Source: Glaucostegus cemiculus
Lineage: Eukaryota
DNA: 64,000 nt
NCBI GenBank assembly: GCA_976551045.1
Contig: CDPCPM010000239.1
Coordinates: 3,844,001-3,908,000, forward strand
Direction: 5' to 3'
Made by a program: the position numbers and the translations under genes. The notes under the pieces were generated by a model. That model was not told the origin of the DNA, searched no databases, and worked only from the letters and a program-made list of their open reading frames with translations. Positions 60,906 to 64,000 of this stretch are shown one piece after another (positions within the stretch are counted from its first letter, which is position 1; every line of letters begins with the position of its first letter).

Positions 60906-63429
60906 ACAGCCAAAGGTGATATAGGGCAAAAATGTAGGAATGTGATCAATGATTAAAAACCTGATTAAATACATGGAACATATTGTTAGAATGATATTTA
61001 TAGAACTATACTGATTGGCGAACATCATTTTAACTGTTAGCTGATTGGCTTGATGAGAGTGAAATAGCATAGTTTGTATATTGGAAATCAGTTTATTAAA
61101 TTGCCATTTCAATGTCGACATTTTTAATTGTAATTATGATGTAACATGTTATTTGTTTGCATTAGCACTCCAGACATACCCAAAGCAATTAGCACTTACA
61201 TTTATACATGCAGTTTGCATTTAATTAATTCATTTGATATCATAATTAAGCAGGTAGGAGAACAGATATTGAATTTAATTTAGGGATTCAACTTAATTGA
61301 AGGATTGCGTATTTTAGGAAACTAGCTTGCAAATGTTTTGGTAAGGTGCTTCCAAAAGGCACAGCCATCCAGTTGTGCACATTCAAGGAGAAAATGTACT
61401 TGAAGGGTACATAAAAAAGCCATAAAGATATGCATTAATTCTGTAAATAAACAGCAAATTGGACAAATCATGTGGAGTTTGGCATGTTTTGATAACACTA
61501 ACAGTAATTGGGCACAGATGTCCTTGTTCCTTATTTCAGTAAAGACACAAATGGACACTAATTGTCAGCTGAATAGACATGGAGATGAGGCAGGGACAAG
61601 AGAGCCTGCATATATTAGAATCTGAACAATAAAACTACTTGCTAAATGCAGTTGATTCCTACTGAGGCTGCAGTTCCATTGAAAGGAGCCGGTATTACTT
61701 ACTAGAAAATATCAATTACCGTTACACAAAGACAAAAAGGTTTTGCAAACACCATATAAAACAGAAACAGATAATCTGTGCAGCATTATGCAATGCAAAT
61801 AAACTTGTATTGCGCAAGTGAATCACGTATGTCGAGTTAAAGGACAGGAATATTTCTTTAGTTGTGAGAGACCTATTTTGAACATCAACTTGTGATCCAG
61901 GTGCTGTGTATAGGACAACAGTAATTCTCATTAGAATTGCTCTCTGCTTCCTTTCAAGAAACTGCCCAAGTCTGGAGCTTACTATTACTAAATAAGTTTT
62001 AATATTACATTTCATTTAGGACCATGGTTATGTAAGTGGTTGAAGGTCTGAGCCTGCTTTTCTTTATATGAGCCTGCTTTTATCAACACTTTAAAACTCT
62101 TATTATATTGTACAGCAAACTGGGAATGACGTAGTTATGTGGGGAATTAAATATTTTATACTCAGGTATCATACCATGAATCAAAATTGAAACATTCACA
62201 ATTCCCTTTATAAAATGATGAATTTAGTCATATGCTTATGGTACATCAAAAGTGCTTGCTGTATGTATGTTGTACAATGAAAGTGAAAGGATTGTAAATA
62301 TTCAATGCTGTAACCAAAATCAGTAATGGAAAATTAATCTCATTAATGTTGTATGATTTTTCAAATGGTGATGGATTAATTCATATTAGCAATCGTGAAG
62401 AGGAGTGGAGCAGTTTTTCCTCTGATAATGAAGTTGTTTCTCATAGTTTTTAAAGCCAATATTAATATTCTCATTCCCACAAAACTCAACATTGGCAATG
62501 TTAACAAATTAACAAGTGAAATGTAACACTAGGTGGTGCCCTGTTAAGTTTATTGCTCTACTGTGAATTTATAAAGCCAGCAAACCTTGACAAATCATGA
62601 ACAATTCTCTGTGCAAGGTTATGCTCAGCCATTAAAGTGACATGAATTAAAATGACCATGCTGTATGGTAATTTTAAAACAATGACAATGTATGAAATGA
62701 TTTCATATAGACCCTGCTGTTTTGGTGGCATAGGATGAGTAGAGTTGCCTCAACAGATACATGAGAGTGCTATGTGCTGTGGAAATGCTTCCAGCTGTTG
62801 GAGTGAGAACACGTTACTTTGAACATTTCTGGCATGGTGTTAGGACTTAATCCATCAACCTCACTACAGATTTTCAGATAGAATCTATTTATGATTTGAA
62901 AGCTATATCGAATTGTCTCCTTTTAATTTGACTATAATATTTGAGAAATTATGTGTTTCATTTTATTTTAATGTATCCCAAAATGTTTGAGCAGTTTTCA
63001 AGTAAAAGAAAGACTTTTTTTAATGTTATTTCACTTCACTGCTGATCACTTTATTGTACTTCCCATTCTTTCTCATACTCTCATTTATTGTCTTTGAATC
63101 TTAGCAGCTTATTGAACATTTTTATTGTTAGAGAAACATAACTGTGGAGTGAAGTTATTCATCCACCTTACTTGCCACTAAATAGCACCTTTATCTCTTC
63201 TCATCTTATACCTATTCAACCATCACACTACCCTCCACTTATACTTGTATAAGGATTTTAGTTCAGCAAATGCTGGGGAGAATGATATGTTTCTGCACAT
63301 TTAATTGGACTCTTGTAGTTGTTTTTTTTTGTGGAATATTTCAGGGTTTTATGAATGCAACATTATATAACATTCAATATATTATTCTACTGTTTTACAA
63401 ATCAACTATACAGGTCATTTAAAAAAAAA

Positions 63430-64000
63430 TTCATTCAATGGATGCAGGGTTTTGCAAACCTGATTTGCTCTTGAGAAGGTGGTGGTGAGCTGTCTTCTTG
63501 AACCACTACAGTCCTTGACATGTGGGTACATCTATAATGCTCTTAGGGAGGGGGTTCTGTGATTTTGAAGGAACAGTGATATATTTCCAAGTCTGGATGG
63601 TGTGTGGCTTGGAGGGCAAATTTCCAGTTATGGTGTTCCCCACACTTTTGCTGTCCTGGTCTTTCTAGCTGTGAGTTTGGAAGGTGCTGTCTCAGGCATC
63701 TTGGTTGCTGCAGTGCATCCTGTAGATGGTACAAGCTGCTGCTGCTGTGTTTCGGTGGAGGAGTGAGCGAATGGTTGTGGATGGAGTGCCCATCAAGAGG
63801 GCTACTACATCCTGTTTGCTGTCAAGCTTTTTGAGTATTGTTGAAGTTGCAAATGGAGAGTATTCTATCACACTCCTGACTTGAGCCTTGTAATGGTAGA
63901 CAGTCTTTGGGGAGTTAGGAAGTGAATTACTCACTGCAGGATTCCTGGCCTCTGAGCAGCTCTTGTAGCCACTTTATGTATATGGCCACTCCAGTTCAGT
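63430..64000 (-). mobile_element. CR1-superfamily LINE 3' fragment running off the window end
   Basis: Minus ORFs YKAQVRSVIEYSPFA...ACTIYRMHCSN and HHPDLEIYHCSF; same family as 22515-22870. Confidence 0.8.

Noticed and set aside
1-64000. tRNA, rRNA, snoRNA or known miRNA genes (e.g. HSPA8-hosted SNORD14, let-7/miR-100 cluster expected in the wider syntenic region)
   Set aside because: No recognisable match seen, and no HSPA8 exons were found in the window.

Overview
Vertebrate genomic DNA, AT-rich and intron-rich. The repeat complement (Rex1/Babar and CR1 LINEs, V-SINE/HE1-like, DeuSINE-like and Penelope-derived elements) points to a cartilaginous fish, probably a ray or sawfish (inference). 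Three spliced genes can be reconstructed with open frames. (1) The last four coding exons of JHY/C11orf63 (+; 589-880, 5332-5418, 6161-6301, 8931-9143), including one GC-AG intron. (2) A complete BSX homeobox gene (-; 34529-34268, 31130-30940, 29612-29355; 236 aa) inside a roughly 11 kb CpG-rich domain. (3) A complete LIM2/MP20-like lens membrane gene (-; 55670-55496, 53892-53743, 53649-53515, 49168-49107; 173 aa), a gene not present beside JHY-BSX in human as I recall the locus. The rest is decayed retroelements and candidate TAAT-rich enhancers. The most notable observations are the LIM2 paralogue lacking the N-glycosylation and basic kinase motifs, a minimal hammerhead ribozyme core in a Penelope-derived hairpin element, a 74-bp near-perfect template-switch hairpin in a JHY intron, and nested retroelement insertions. 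I see no evidence for a wholly new multi-gene system. Comparisons with human proteins and repeat families are from memory, not from searches, and repeat boundaries are approximate.
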